A stretch of 64,000 bases of DNA from a virus (Duplodnaviria; Caudoviricetes): IMG/VR virus record IMGVR_UViG_3300033068_001957, positions 1-64,000 of that record. The stretch is one strand, 5' to 3'. Position 1 is the first letter of the stretch, and each line of letters starts with the position of its first letter. A program made the translations under genes and the position numbers. Under the pieces are notes generated by a model. That model did not search any database. It was not told the origin of the DNA and saw only the letters and a list, made by a program, of their open reading frames with translations. Below are positions 18,487 through 27,355 of the stretch, piece after piece.

Positions 18487-19548
18487 ATGCGCGGACTATT
18501 CTTCAATAAGGCTGATTTATACGAGGGTAAAATCCGTAAAATCATGGACAATGCCAACCGTGGTAATAAACTTCGGCTCGACTGCTTAAATAAAGACTCT
18601 TCTTCGCCTGAAAAAATCAAAGAGTTCCTAGACAGAAAAAAATACGACTTCATCATTCACAGAAACGAACACGCGAGCCTCTTCAAGGGTGAAAATATTA
18701 AAAGCATAGACAAACTAGCAAAAGAAAGCGGCGTTCCATTTTTGTCTTTTGATTTTGGTTATTTTAATCATTATCAGTCTTATATGTTTGATTTTTATAC
18801 CGAGGATTTGAAAAGCTCCATAGCCTTAGATTGGGAATCTCTTTCAAATCAAGTTAATTGGTCAAATGCTCCAAGATATATTCAAGACTATCGGAATAAT
18901 TCCATTGCGGAAGTCGAAAAGCAGAAGGGCGAGCATATAAATACCGTAAACGCGGATAATATCGTAGCCGTTTGGATGCAGTGGAACACCGATCTACTAA
19001 GAAAAGAAATGTTCGTTGACGGAAAAAGAATCCTCCAATATCAGTGGCTAAATAAAATCTGCGATAAAATTCGCTCCTTGGGGATGACTCCTGTAATCAA
19101 GATGGGTATGGTCGATCATTACGAAATAAATATTCAAACAATCCCATTTGTCGAAGAAAAAAATATCTTGGTGACAAACAAAGAAAACGTTTTCAAATCT
19201 AACCCCCGCGCTATTTTAGACAAAGACGCGAATCACAAGCTTATCGCTAACGCCAAATATCATATTATCCTTTGTAGTAGTGTCTCTAATGAGATCGTCT
19301 TGAATGAAAAATCCATCATTGCCACGGGTCGAAGCTGGTTTAATGGGCTGGATATCTTCTATGAGCCAAAATCTTGGGAAGAATCTTTCGACAAACCAAA
19401 AATCAATTCTGCCGCCCGAAATAAATGGATTAATTGGTGGCTGTCCAGACAGGTCAAGCTCCAAGATACGGACCAAAAGATTATAGAGATAGTCAACAAG
19501 GCCAAACAATATCTTTCTGGCGAAAAGGCTCTGGAGTATGTAATTTAG
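18487..19548 (+). CDS. capsular-polysaccharide-type (KpsC/S-like) GT-B protein, putative
   Basis: FDFGYF...LCSSVSNEIVLNEKSIIATGRSWF pattern; start MRGLFF after the methyltransferase stop. Confidence 0.5.
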   Translation: MRGLFFNKADLYEGKIRKIMDNANRGNKLRLDCLNKDSSSPEKIKEFLDRKKYDFIIHRNEHASLFKGENIKSIDKLAKESGVPFLSFDFGYFNHYQSYMFDFYTEDLKSSIALDWESLSNQVNWSNAPRYIQDYRNNSIAEVEKQKGEHINTVNADNIVAVWMQWNTDLLRKEMFVDGKRILQYQWLNKICDKIRSLGMTPVIKMGMVDHYEINIQTIPFVEEKNILVTNKENVFKSNPRAILDKDANHKLIANAKYHIILCSSVSNEIVLNEKSIIATGRSWFNGLDIFYEPKSWEESFDKPKINSAARNKWINWWLSRQVKLQDTDQKIIEIVNKAKQYLSGEKALEYVI

Positions 19549-19551
19549 TGT

Positions 19552-20937
19552 ATGCAGTTCATTAAAAGCAATTCCTGCCTATTGGCGTTCGATAATTCTC
19601 CATCTTTTTCCACGGGTGAGAAATTGGGGTTGTTTTTTGCTGATTTTTTGCAGAATGTAGATTTAAATATTTCACCGCCAAGAACTCAATCGCGGCAAAT
19701 CGGCAGTCAAGAATATGGAGTTGATGCAATCAATTTCTCGCCCGATGTAGAATTGAATCTTTCCTATGTATCAAGAGAGGATTTCCGCACAGATAATCTA
19801 GTGGGTTCTCTATTTAGGCCGTCTGGTATTTTTATTTCGCCGTTTTCTGGGGTTAGAGATTATTCATTTAATACTTACTTGTTTTTCTCGAACGAACAGT
19901 CCAGCGACCTAATTGATCAAATCATCACGAATAATTCTTTTAGCGGCGTGAATGTTGTGGCCATTGGTAACTGCTATTTATCGAATCAGAATTTCTCTTT
20001 TGCGGCGTCTCAATTACCAAGAACTTCTTGTGGGTTGATTTCTAGTAATATTTATTCTCAGGTATTAAATAGCAATTATCTACAAGTTCCCGCCATAAAT
20101 CTAGAATCTGGTACCACTGGCGGAGCAGCGACTATTTTTCTTGATCCAGCGCAAGTTTCTAGGATACAAACTGGCAATGCATCTGGCGTTTTGAGGACGT
20201 GGGCGGCAACATTCCAGCCATCGTTCGAGAATTTGCAGATTTCCAATCAGAATCTTGTTTCGGCGGTTGTGAATAAGATGGAGATTTCCCTCTCTATTGA
20301 AAGAGAAAACGCTTATGGATTTGGCAGCGATCATGTCGCTAGTCGAGATATAAAATACCCAATTCAAGCGTCTGTCTCAATTAATGGTATCGTCAACGAT
20401 TATTCTAGCGGGGATTATTCTTCGTTAATGACAAACGAACAGAAATACGAAATCCAAATTTTCAACCGTGACCCGCAAGATGCTTATTTATCTGGATTAA
20501 GCAACGCAGAAATTTCTGGCATTAATAAATTAGACCATCTGACAAAAAATAGGTGGCTAAAGTTTGATAATTCTATTTTACGGCAGAAAAAGGATAGTCT
20601 GGCGGTTGGCGGGCTGTTTGAATTTGCTAACCAATTTGATGTTTCTGTTACCGAGAATCGTGGAATGACTTTTAAGCAGGGCGAAGTTACTTCGCTAGAT
20701 GACGTATTTCTTCATTCTAATGATTTTCATAAGTGTATTAGTCGCGATGGTTATTCGCCGACACACAACCCATTTTTACAGTATTATGGAGACGGATGCG
20801 AGATTTTAAATCTACTATCTTCTGATAGAAAAATTCTATTGACGCGAGATAATTATGTTGAGTCGGCTATCCTATGCTCAAACGTTTTATATTGTAATAA
20901 TACTACTATTTATTGTAATAATTCTACAACCCTATAA
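19552..20937 (+). CDS. tail-tube-like / tail tip protein
   Basis: IGNCYLSNQNF and SIERENAYGFGS..RDIKYPI match segments of 2487-3596; ATGTAAT 7 nt upstream. Confidence 0.55.
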   Translation: MQFIKSNSCLLAFDNSPSFSTGEKLGLFFADFLQNVDLNISPPRTQSRQIGSQEYGVDAINFSPDVELNLSYVSREDFRTDNLVGSLFRPSGIFISPFSGVRDYSFNTYLFFSNEQSSDLIDQIITNNSFSGVNVVAIGNCYLSNQNFSFAASQLPRTSCGLISSNIYSQVLNSNYLQVPAINLESGTTGGAATIFLDPAQVSRIQTGNASGVLRTWAATFQPSFENLQISNQNLVSAVVNKMEISLSIERENAYGFGSDHVASRDIKYPIQASVSINGIVNDYSSGDYSSLMTNEQKYEIQIFNRDPQDAYLSGLSNAEISGINKLDHLTKNRWLKFDNSILRQKKDSLAVGGLFEFANQFDVSVTENRGMTFKQGEVTSLDDVFLHSNDFHKCISRDGYSPTHNPFLQYYGDGCEILNLLSSDRKILLTRDNYVESAILCSNVLYCNNTTIYCNNSTTL

Positions 20938-20949
20938 AATACTACGAAT

Positions 20950-21417
20950 ATGAGCCAACAAATTATTGATACTACAACAGAGACAGATACGATTCAATCT
21001 GGAATGAATAAAGTAAATTCTAATTTTACAGAAGTTTACAATATTTTATCTAATACAATATTGAGGGGCAATGGAACCTTGCTTGGCTATACGAGTTCTG
21101 GTCCAGATTTGGGCGAAGTATCGGAAATAGAACTAATTCCTGCTAGTGGCTCTAAATTATTAAGACCAATTAAGGCAGGCGTATATAGTATTGATGGGCT
21201 TAATTCTACGGTAGAATTTGCTCTAAAAATTAGCGGTGGATATTCCCCAATAGGCATTGGATTCTCTCAAAATGTGCTGAGCGCTGAAATCTCAGTTGAT
21301 CAATATTTTCCTTTGTGGATTAATGGCATTACTGGCGCATCATTAGTCGCAAGAATGACTAATGGAATACCAACAGGCGGCTATCTTGATTGTTGGGCCA
21401 TTGCCGACTATAGCTGA
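20950..21417 (+). CDS. tail fibre-associated protein
   Basis: N-terminal DTIQSGMNKVNSNFTEVY, a common fibre-attachment-type motif. Confidence 0.5.
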   Translation: MSQQIIDTTTETDTIQSGMNKVNSNFTEVYNILSNTILRGNGTLLGYTSSGPDLGEVSEIELIPASGSKLLRPIKAGVYSIDGLNSTVEFALKISGGYSPIGIGFSQNVLSAEISVDQYFPLWINGITGASLVARMTNGIPTGGYLDCWAIADYS

Positions 21418-21454
21418 GAAAAAATATTTAAATGTGTAATTAAATATAAGGAAA

Positions 21455-21682
21455 ATGGCTGACTATACTCTAAATAACTCAATAGAACAGATAGATCGGT
21501 CCATTTCTGGGGCTTATCAAGCTTTAATTGTCGCTGGGACTGGTTTAGCAAGAATAGTTTTGCCGCCAGCTTCTTCTACTGGGTCTGGAATTTCTGGCTA
21601 TAATATTGCTTTTGATAGTTCTTATTTTTATGCTTGTACTGGAACTAATTTATGGGGGCGTGTAGCTTTGGCTAATTGGTAA
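21455..21682 (+). CDS. short tail-fibre-like protein (paralog of the next gene)
   Basis: C-terminal IAFDSSYFYACTGTNLWGRVALANW; GTGTAAT at 21434-21440 and AAGGA RBS. Confidence 0.6.
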   Translation: MADYTLNNSIEQIDRSISGAYQALIVAGTGLARIVLPPASSTGSGISGYNIAFDSSYFYACTGTNLWGRVALANW

Positions 21683-21683
21683 T

Positions 21684-22541
21684 ATGGCCTCACGAATTTT
21701 ATCTAACAGCGGATTAGAAATTGATCAAGCTATTTCGGGCGCATATCCGAACATTATCCTTCGCGGCTCTGGGTTCGTGAGAGATACGGGCGTTCAGAAT
21801 ATCAGCGGCCAGAAATTTTTCTACGATACCATCACTTTTTATAGTGGGGTGGGTGTATCGGGCGATTTTGTTCCAAGTGGAGATATTATTGGAAATCTAG
21901 CGCCAAAAGCAACAAATATTTATGACTTAGGCTCTGCCAGCAAACAATGGCGTAATCTTTTCCTTGGTAACGATTTCCGCGTCTCTGGGAATTCTTATTT
22001 GACGGGAAATGTTTCTGTCGGCGGAAATACAACTCTGAACGGTGATTTTTCCCCAACTAATATTGCGGTTAATTTTCTGCCTAAAACAAATAATGCTTAT
22101 GATTTAGGTTCAAGTTCTCAACAGTTTGCCAATATCTGGATCGACGGAACGGGCAGAATTGATGCTCTTCATGTGGATGAAAATGCTTTTGTCAGCGGGA
22201 ATCTAAGCGTTTCTGGTAATTATAATCTCACGGGTAATCTTGCCGTGACGGGAACGACAACGGTTCAATCTCTTTCTGCGGCGTCCATTTCTTCTTTGGG
22301 TAATATGTCGGGCGCGAGCCTTAGAACGACAGGAACAGCTAATCTAGGAGTCACAACGGCCATCTCTGTAATTTCTTCGGGAAGCGGTTCGTTTGGCCAG
22401 CTTTATATCACGGGGACTGGTATTCCAACTTCCACGACAGGAGTTGGGGTAATGGGCCAAATAGTGATTGGCTCTGGCTACTTATATGCCTGCACTGGCA
22501 CTAACCGTTGGGCGAGAACGCATCTGACAGGGTGGGTTTAA
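21684..22541 (+). CDS. tail fibre protein
   Basis: Two PKxxNxYDLGSxSxQ(W/F)xN repeats, VSGN shaft repeats, same C-terminal motif as the previous gene. Confidence 0.7.
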   Translation: MASRILSNSGLEIDQAISGAYPNIILRGSGFVRDTGVQNISGQKFFYDTITFYSGVGVSGDFVPSGDIIGNLAPKATNIYDLGSASKQWRNLFLGNDFRVSGNSYLTGNVSVGGNTTLNGDFSPTNIAVNFLPKTNNAYDLGSSSQQFANIWIDGTGRIDALHVDENAFVSGNLSVSGNYNLTGNLAVTGTTTVQSLSAASISSLGNMSGASLRTTGTANLGVTTAISVISSGSGSFGQLYITGTGIPTSTTGVGVMGQIVIGSGYLYACTGTNRWARTHLTGWV

Positions 22542-23587
22542 AGCATTGGGGCGCTAAATAGATTCAAAAGAGCCTCTTTATTCTTTTGGAACGCTGGAAT
22601 ATGCTCAAAGAATTTAATATTGCGGCAAAAAGAAGAAAATATCTTCAAAATTTTATCCTGCCTCATCGACCTAAATAGGAAAATCTCTTTGATGTAAGAG
22701 AACACATATTCCAATAACTTAATTGCGGCCCAAAATCTTCGCGTTTCTAGATATTCATCCCAAGAATAATCGCTCCCGAGAGAAGCATAATATTTAAACA
22801 TTTTGAACTCGAAATCTTCGCCGAAATCGAATTCCATTCTCAAATTTGATAAATCAATTAACGGGCTGGCGAGAAAAGCATTTTGCCAGTTGATGAATCT
22901 AATTTTTTTCGCGCCCAAAAGAATTGTTGACGGCGTAAGATTTCCATGACAGAAAGATTTGCCGTTGAAGCTATCTTTAAAGGTATCTTGAATGTATTGC
23001 TTTAATCCAGTGATTTCGTCTAGCAAAAGATTATAATTCGGGGTCGCTGCCTTAACAAGTTCGGCGAATTCTGGCTGAGTATCAAAATTTGTTGCGGCGA
23101 AGATTTCTTGGATTCTGTCTTTGAGTCCAATTGTTTTGATCTTCTTTTGATGGAAGAGATGAATTATCCTAAGACATTCTTCATGATTTGAGAATAGAAT
23201 TGACCTGCCTAGCTCATTGGCCGAATGGGCTTCTTCGAATGATGTAATCAAATAAAGAATTTTGCTGCCGTATTCAATGACGCCACAACCCTTTTCTTTG
23301 GGTGCTACTTCAATATCGGATAAGTTATTGAGTATTTCGACTTCCTTCTCGAAAGCATCGATGTAAGATTCATCTAAAGACAATTTAACCAAATATTCCC
23401 CACTCGAAGTCTCTAGCTTATAGGAATCGAAGTTTTCGCCGTTGTCTATTAAGGAATTTTTCTTAATATCTCCGAGAGATTCTTTCGCCGCAACTAGGGA
23501 GAGGATTTCGTTTTCTGTTTCTGTTGTTTTATTGGTTCCAGAGAATACAAAGAGTTTATCGCGGAGAATGTTTTCGATATGAGCCAT
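22538..23587 (-). CDS. APH/choline-kinase-fold protein (catalytic Asp residues absent)
   Basis: YLVKL..FEKEVEIL; CHGNLTPSTIL; FINWQNA..PLIDL. Confidence 0.7.
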   Translation of the reverse strand: MAHIENILRDKLFVFSGTNKTTETENEILSLVAAKESLGDIKKNSLIDNGENFDSYKLETSSGEYLVKLSLDESYIDAFEKEVEILNNLSDIEVAPKEKGCGVIEYGSKILYLITSFEEAHSANELGRSILFSNHEECLRIIHLFHQKKIKTIGLKDRIQEIFAATNFDTQPEFAELVKAATPNYNLLLDEITGLKQYIQDTFKDSFNGKSFCHGNLTPSTILLGAKKIRFINWQNAFLASPLIDLSNLRMEFDFGEDFEFKMFKYYASLGSDYSWDEYLETRRFWAAIKLLEYVFSYIKEIFLFRSMRQDKILKIFSSFCRNIKFFEHIPAFQKNKEALLNLFSAPML

Positions 23588-23603
23588 GTCTAATAATAAC
23601 AGT

Positions 23604-23635
23604 AGAGCCGTTAAAGGTTTCCCTCTAACGGCTCT
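23604..23635 (-). terminator. stem-loop terminator
   Basis: AGAGCCGTTA...TAACGGCTCT inverted repeat downstream of 23667-23852. Confidence 0.6.
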
Positions 23636-23666
23636 TGCTTGGGCCTGCTTTTTACAGCGGGATTAG

Positions 23667-23852
23667 TTAAGCAATATTTACCTTAACGAGCGAGTTCTTG
23701 TGGAATCGACGCATACGATTTGCGTTGCGGTCAAAAATCTTCACATAGGAAGGAGTTTCGCCACGAAACTGTGCGTTAAGGGTTTCTGTCTTAGTGGAGA
23801 GGCCGAAAAAGCGGCCCTTGGTATTGCGGAGTGCGGTTAGTGTGTCGTTCAT
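23667..23852 (-). CDS. small basic hypothetical protein
   Basis: 61 aa, own TAGTATAAT promoter-like element and terminator. Confidence 0.65.
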   Translation of the reverse strand: MNDTLTALRNTKGRFFGLSTKTETLNAQFRGETPSYVKIFDRNANRMRRFHKNSLVKVNIA

Positions 23853-23883
23853 GTGTGTTGTAGGTAGGTATTATACTAACGAA

Positions 23884-24324
23884 TCAAATAGTCAAATCTT
23901 TCATTCCTTCGAAAATATTTCCAATAATTGTCAATCCGCATGGACAACAATCGCAAGATGTATACTCACTGATTCTTGTTGCTCCGATATTCTCTTGACA
24001 TACGGCGAATCCTTCGTTCCACCAACGCACTTCTCCCTTTGTGTATTCAGTGTATTCTTCTGATTCTCTTCTTGCCTTGAGAATAGCAATTGTATGATTT
24101 GGGTCTGTTTTTACTATGTCGCCCTCGTAAATGTCTTTGCCCGTTGAGTCTTGTAGGCCAGTAAATTGTTGGATAATCAACCTATCTTTAGATAAACCAA
24201 AGACTAATGGCATTTCATAGTCTCCATCTGACCATGCCACAACATCATCGCCCATATTAAATGACAGAGATATCCTTTTTCTCTCTTTATCCCAAGCGCG
24301 AAATTTTAATTGTCGATTATTCAT
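23884..24324 (-). CDS. YopX family protein
   Basis: KFRAWD...QQFTGLQD..GKDIYEGDIV...IIGNIFE. Confidence 0.9.
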   Translation of the reverse strand: MNNRQLKFRAWDKERKRISLSFNMGDDVVAWSDGDYEMPLVFGLSKDRLIIQQFTGLQDSTGKDIYEGDIVKTDPNHTIAILKARRESEEYTEYTKGEVRWWNEGFAVCQENIGATRISEYTSCDCCPCGLTIIGNIFEGMKDLTI

Positions 24325-26663
24325 GTTAGTTGGAGTTTATTTTCTACCATTTGGGCGATTACTTTTTTTGGTTTGTTCTTGAGTAGCAATTTGGCAAGCG
24401 GCGTTTCTAGGATTTTTCGCACCAAAGACTGAACATTTCGGGCGTGAGCTTCTTGATTTTTCGCAGCCGTATAGATGAACTCTACTACAGAATCTTCCAC
24501 TGTCAAGACGATCTCTCTATTTTTCATAGCATCTATTACTCTATTGATAGAGTCCCAGACGATCAATTTGGCAGTTTTTTCACTAATTTCATTAAATACA
24601 ATCACTTCATCAATACGAGCAATGATTTCTGGCTTGAAGTTCTTTTTTACGGCGGCATTAAATGTTTCGTCGTTGGTTTTTGAGTTGTGAAAACCCATGC
24701 TTCTTTTATTTTCGCCCGAACCAACATTGCCCGTCATTACAATAATTGTATTGGTGAAATCGACTCGATAACCTTGTCCATCTGTAATACAACCTTCGTC
24801 CATGATTTGGAGCAAGAGATTAACTATATCTGGATGAGCCTTTTCGATTTCGTCAAAAAGGACCACACAAGAAGGATTATGCTTCACGAACTCGCTAAGT
24901 CTTCCGCCCGATTCAAAGCCAATATATCCAGCCGTTGTTCCAATAAGCGCCGAAGATGATCCTCGTTCTTGGAATTCGCTCATGTCGATTTTAATAATGG
25001 CCTTTTCATCGCCGAAATAATGTTTGGCAATTTTCTTTCCCAATAAGGTTTTCCCTGTCGATGAACTACCCACGAACAAAAACTTTCCTAACGGTTTCGT
25101 GATATCTCTCAACCCCACCTTTGTACAAAGAAGAATATCGCAGACTTGTTCGATGGCATGATCCTGCCCATGAACTTCTTTCTTAATGTGACCCGCCATG
25201 TCTGAAATTAAATCTGTTTGGGTCTGTTTTAATTGATTTTCGGTGATTTTATACTTTTCAGCAAATGCTGAAATAGCCATTTGCGCCGAAACTTTGGGGG
25301 GATTTTTGCTGATATTCGCGCCCCATTTTTCCAGTTTTTTGGCGTATTGATCGCTTAATTTTTCTACTTGGAGATATTCGCGAGAGCCTTTTTCCAGATT
25401 TGGGCGGAGTTTCTGAATGATCTTGTCTTCGATTGCAGAGATTTCTTTTGGATGAGTATAATGAATATTCTTGTTTGCCGCCAGAATAGAATCTAGAACG
25501 TCGAATGCTTTTTCGGGAAATTTCCTATACGGCAGAAACCTTTCGCAAAGACTAATGATTTCGTCAATTACGCCTTTTTCAATATTGACGCAGTGAAAGT
25601 CTTCCAACCGTTCGAGAGAATTGATTAGGATTTTGCGCGTTTCTTCTTTGGGCGGCTCTTCTACTCTCTGAACTTCAAAAAGATTAGTCAGGGCGTTGTC
25701 TTTTTCGATATTTTTCTTGTATTCTGCTTGGGTGCAGATGGCAACGACTGGAATCTTTTCGCTAGTAAGAAAGGACTTGAGTAGGTTAGCTACATCCATT
25801 GCTCCTTCTTTGTTTCCCGCCCCGACTGTTTCGGCGATATTTGGGACGATAAGAATCGCGTCTTCTTCACCCTCCATTTCAAGAAGCAAGGAACTCATTC
25901 TGCTCTCCAGAGCGCCAACCATTCCGCTGCCAGAAACGAGCTTTGTAACGTCAAGTTGATAAACGATTTTACCCGCAAGAAATTCGGATACTCTACCAGT
26001 CAAGATTCTTTCAGCTAACCCTCTGCAAATACTTTTGCGACCAACTCCGTTTTCGCCAATTAATAGAACATTATTCTTCTTGTGACGAACGAGAATATCA
26101 CCCACAGAAGAGATTTCCTTTTCGCGGCCATAGATTTGCGTGCCGTTAAGCATAATATCGGCAGAAATATTGATTAAAAAACGCTGCATATTGGGCGGCA
26201 TTTGATGATCGGGTTCGTCATCATTATCCTCATCCTCTTCGTCGTCGTAAGATAGAAGCAATTCTACACTGTCAGAAAAGTCTTCTTTGGGGAAATTGAC
26301 TAGTTCCATCCATGCAAGAATGGTCGGCGATTCCTGCATTATGCCAAACATTACGTGTTCGCAGTCGTAAAATTCCAGTTCGAAATCTTCTGCTACTGCC
26401 TTGGCGCAGTCTAGGACATCGTTTAGTTCTTTTTCTGCTTTTTCGCCCGAAACTAATTGTGGAAAGGCTTCTCCAATTCCAACGCTAATCGCTGCTACGG
26501 TTTTTTCTGGCTCTAAATTTAACTGATGGAGGATTTTTGTATATTTTTCATTCGCCAGAATAATTTGGCAGAACAGACTGACAACGTTTAAATCTTGGTT
26601 CCTTGATTTGGAAAATTCGGCGGCGAGATTGAGACAAAATTGCAGGTTGGGCGCGATTTGCAT
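24321..26663 (-). CDS. ClpA/B/C-family AAA+ ATPase, first ATPase domain degenerate
   Basis: Clp-N domain; D1 GENGVGRKS / IVPNI; D2 GSSSTGKT / LFDEIEKAHP; IDMSEF; GYIGF pore loop; SMGF loop. Confidence 0.9.
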   Translation of the reverse strand: MQIAPNLQFCLNLAAEFSKSRNQDLNVVSLFCQIILANEKYTKILHQLNLEPEKTVAAISVGIGEAFPQLVSGEKAEKELNDVLDCAKAVAEDFELEFYDCEHVMFGIMQESPTILAWMELVNFPKEDFSDSVELLLSYDDEEDEDNDDEPDHQMPPNMQRFLINISADIMLNGTQIYGREKEISSVGDILVRHKKNNVLLIGENGVGRKSICRGLAERILTGRVSEFLAGKIVYQLDVTKLVSGSGMVGALESRMSSLLLEMEGEEDAILIVPNIAETVGAGNKEGAMDVANLLKSFLTSEKIPVVAICTQAEYKKNIEKDNALTNLFEVQRVEEPPKEETRKILINSLERLEDFHCVNIEKGVIDEIISLCERFLPYRKFPEKAFDVLDSILAANKNIHYTHPKEISAIEDKIIQKLRPNLEKGSREYLQVEKLSDQYAKKLEKWGANISKNPPKVSAQMAISAFAEKYKITENQLKQTQTDLISDMAGHIKKEVHGQDHAIEQVCDILLCTKVGLRDITKPLGKFLFVGSSSTGKTLLGKKIAKHYFGDEKAIIKIDMSEFQERGSSSALIGTTAGYIGFESGGRLSEFVKHNPSCVVLFDEIEKAHPDIVNLLLQIMDEGCITDGQGYRVDFTNTIIVMTGNVGSGENKRSMGFHNSKTNDETFNAAVKKNFKPEIIARIDEVIVFNEISEKTAKLIVWDSINRVIDAMKNREIVLTVEDSVVEFIYTAAKNQEAHARNVQSLVRKILETPLAKLLLKNKPKKVIAQMVENKLQLT

Positions 26664-26669
26664 TATAAG

Positions 26670-26697
26670 AATTTACTAGGAAAGCGGAAAAAGTCAA
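26670..26697 (-). promoter_or_regulatory. sigma70-type promoter, leaderless geometry
   Basis: TTGACT-16-TAAATT-6-ATG of the clp gene. Confidence 0.6.
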
Positions 26698-26700
26698 GAA

Positions 26701-27123
26701 CTATTTCAGAAGATTTTTATTTTCGAAGATGTTGCCGATGATTTTTGCGTGACTATTTACAGCGTGCAGATAATATATGGGGTTTCTAATTGTTGCGCCT
26801 ACCATAAAAGCCCCATTAGACCAAAAGACCAAATCGTTATATTTATCATTGCCACTTTTATACTCAACGATATCGCCTTCATAAATTTTACGGCGCTTGG
26901 AATCTTTTAAACCAGTATATTGTTGGATGATAAATTCATTCTTAAAACAAGAATGTTTAGAGCGAGAATCTGGCGCTCCAGAGATGGCTCCGATAAAATC
27001 GGAAACTTCGCCTGTAAAAGGATTTATTTGCCAATCAGAAAAGCAATGTAGTGATGAGTCGTTTTTATCTAGAAAACGCCCGAATTTTTCGTCCCAGATG
27101 CGGAATTGGAATCTGTTGGTCAT
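26701..27123 (-). CDS. YopX family protein
   Basis: FRIWD...QQYTGLKD..KIYEGDIV...IIGNIFEN. Confidence 0.9.
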   Translation of the reverse strand: MTNRFQFRIWDEKFGRFLDKNDSSLHCFSDWQINPFTGEVSDFIGAISGAPDSRSKHSCFKNEFIIQQYTGLKDSKRRKIYEGDIVEYKSGNDKYNDLVFWSNGAFMVGATIRNPIYYLHAVNSHAKIIGNIFENKNLLK

Positions 27124-27126
27124 ATT

Positions 27127-27354
27127 TTAAGAAATTAATGTTGCTTGAACGTATCCCAATCCATTACAATTTTCACAATCTCCCTCGGAATAATTATCGC
27201 CCCACTCTTCTCTTGGAAATAGGTTGACTCCTTCGCCATTTTCGTCCCAATATTCTTTGCCGTCATTGTCGCAGTTTGGGCATTTTCTATATTGTATTTT
27301 GCCGAGAATAATTGCCCGCAATTCGTCTCTAGAGAGTTCAAAATCGTTGTACAT
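27127..27354 (-). CDS. small Zn-ribbon-like protein
   Basis: CPNCDNDG...CENCNGLG (DnaJ-type CxxCxGxG pair). Confidence 0.55.
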   Translation of the reverse strand: MYNDFELSRDELRAIILGKIQYRKCPNCDNDGKEYWDENGEGVNLFPREEWGDNYSEGDCENCNGLGYVQATLIS

Positions 27355-27355
27355 A

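Noticed and set aside
22538-23587. Aminoglycoside resistance gene
   Set aside because: Only the fold is shared; the catalytic HGD and D(W/F) aspartates are missing.
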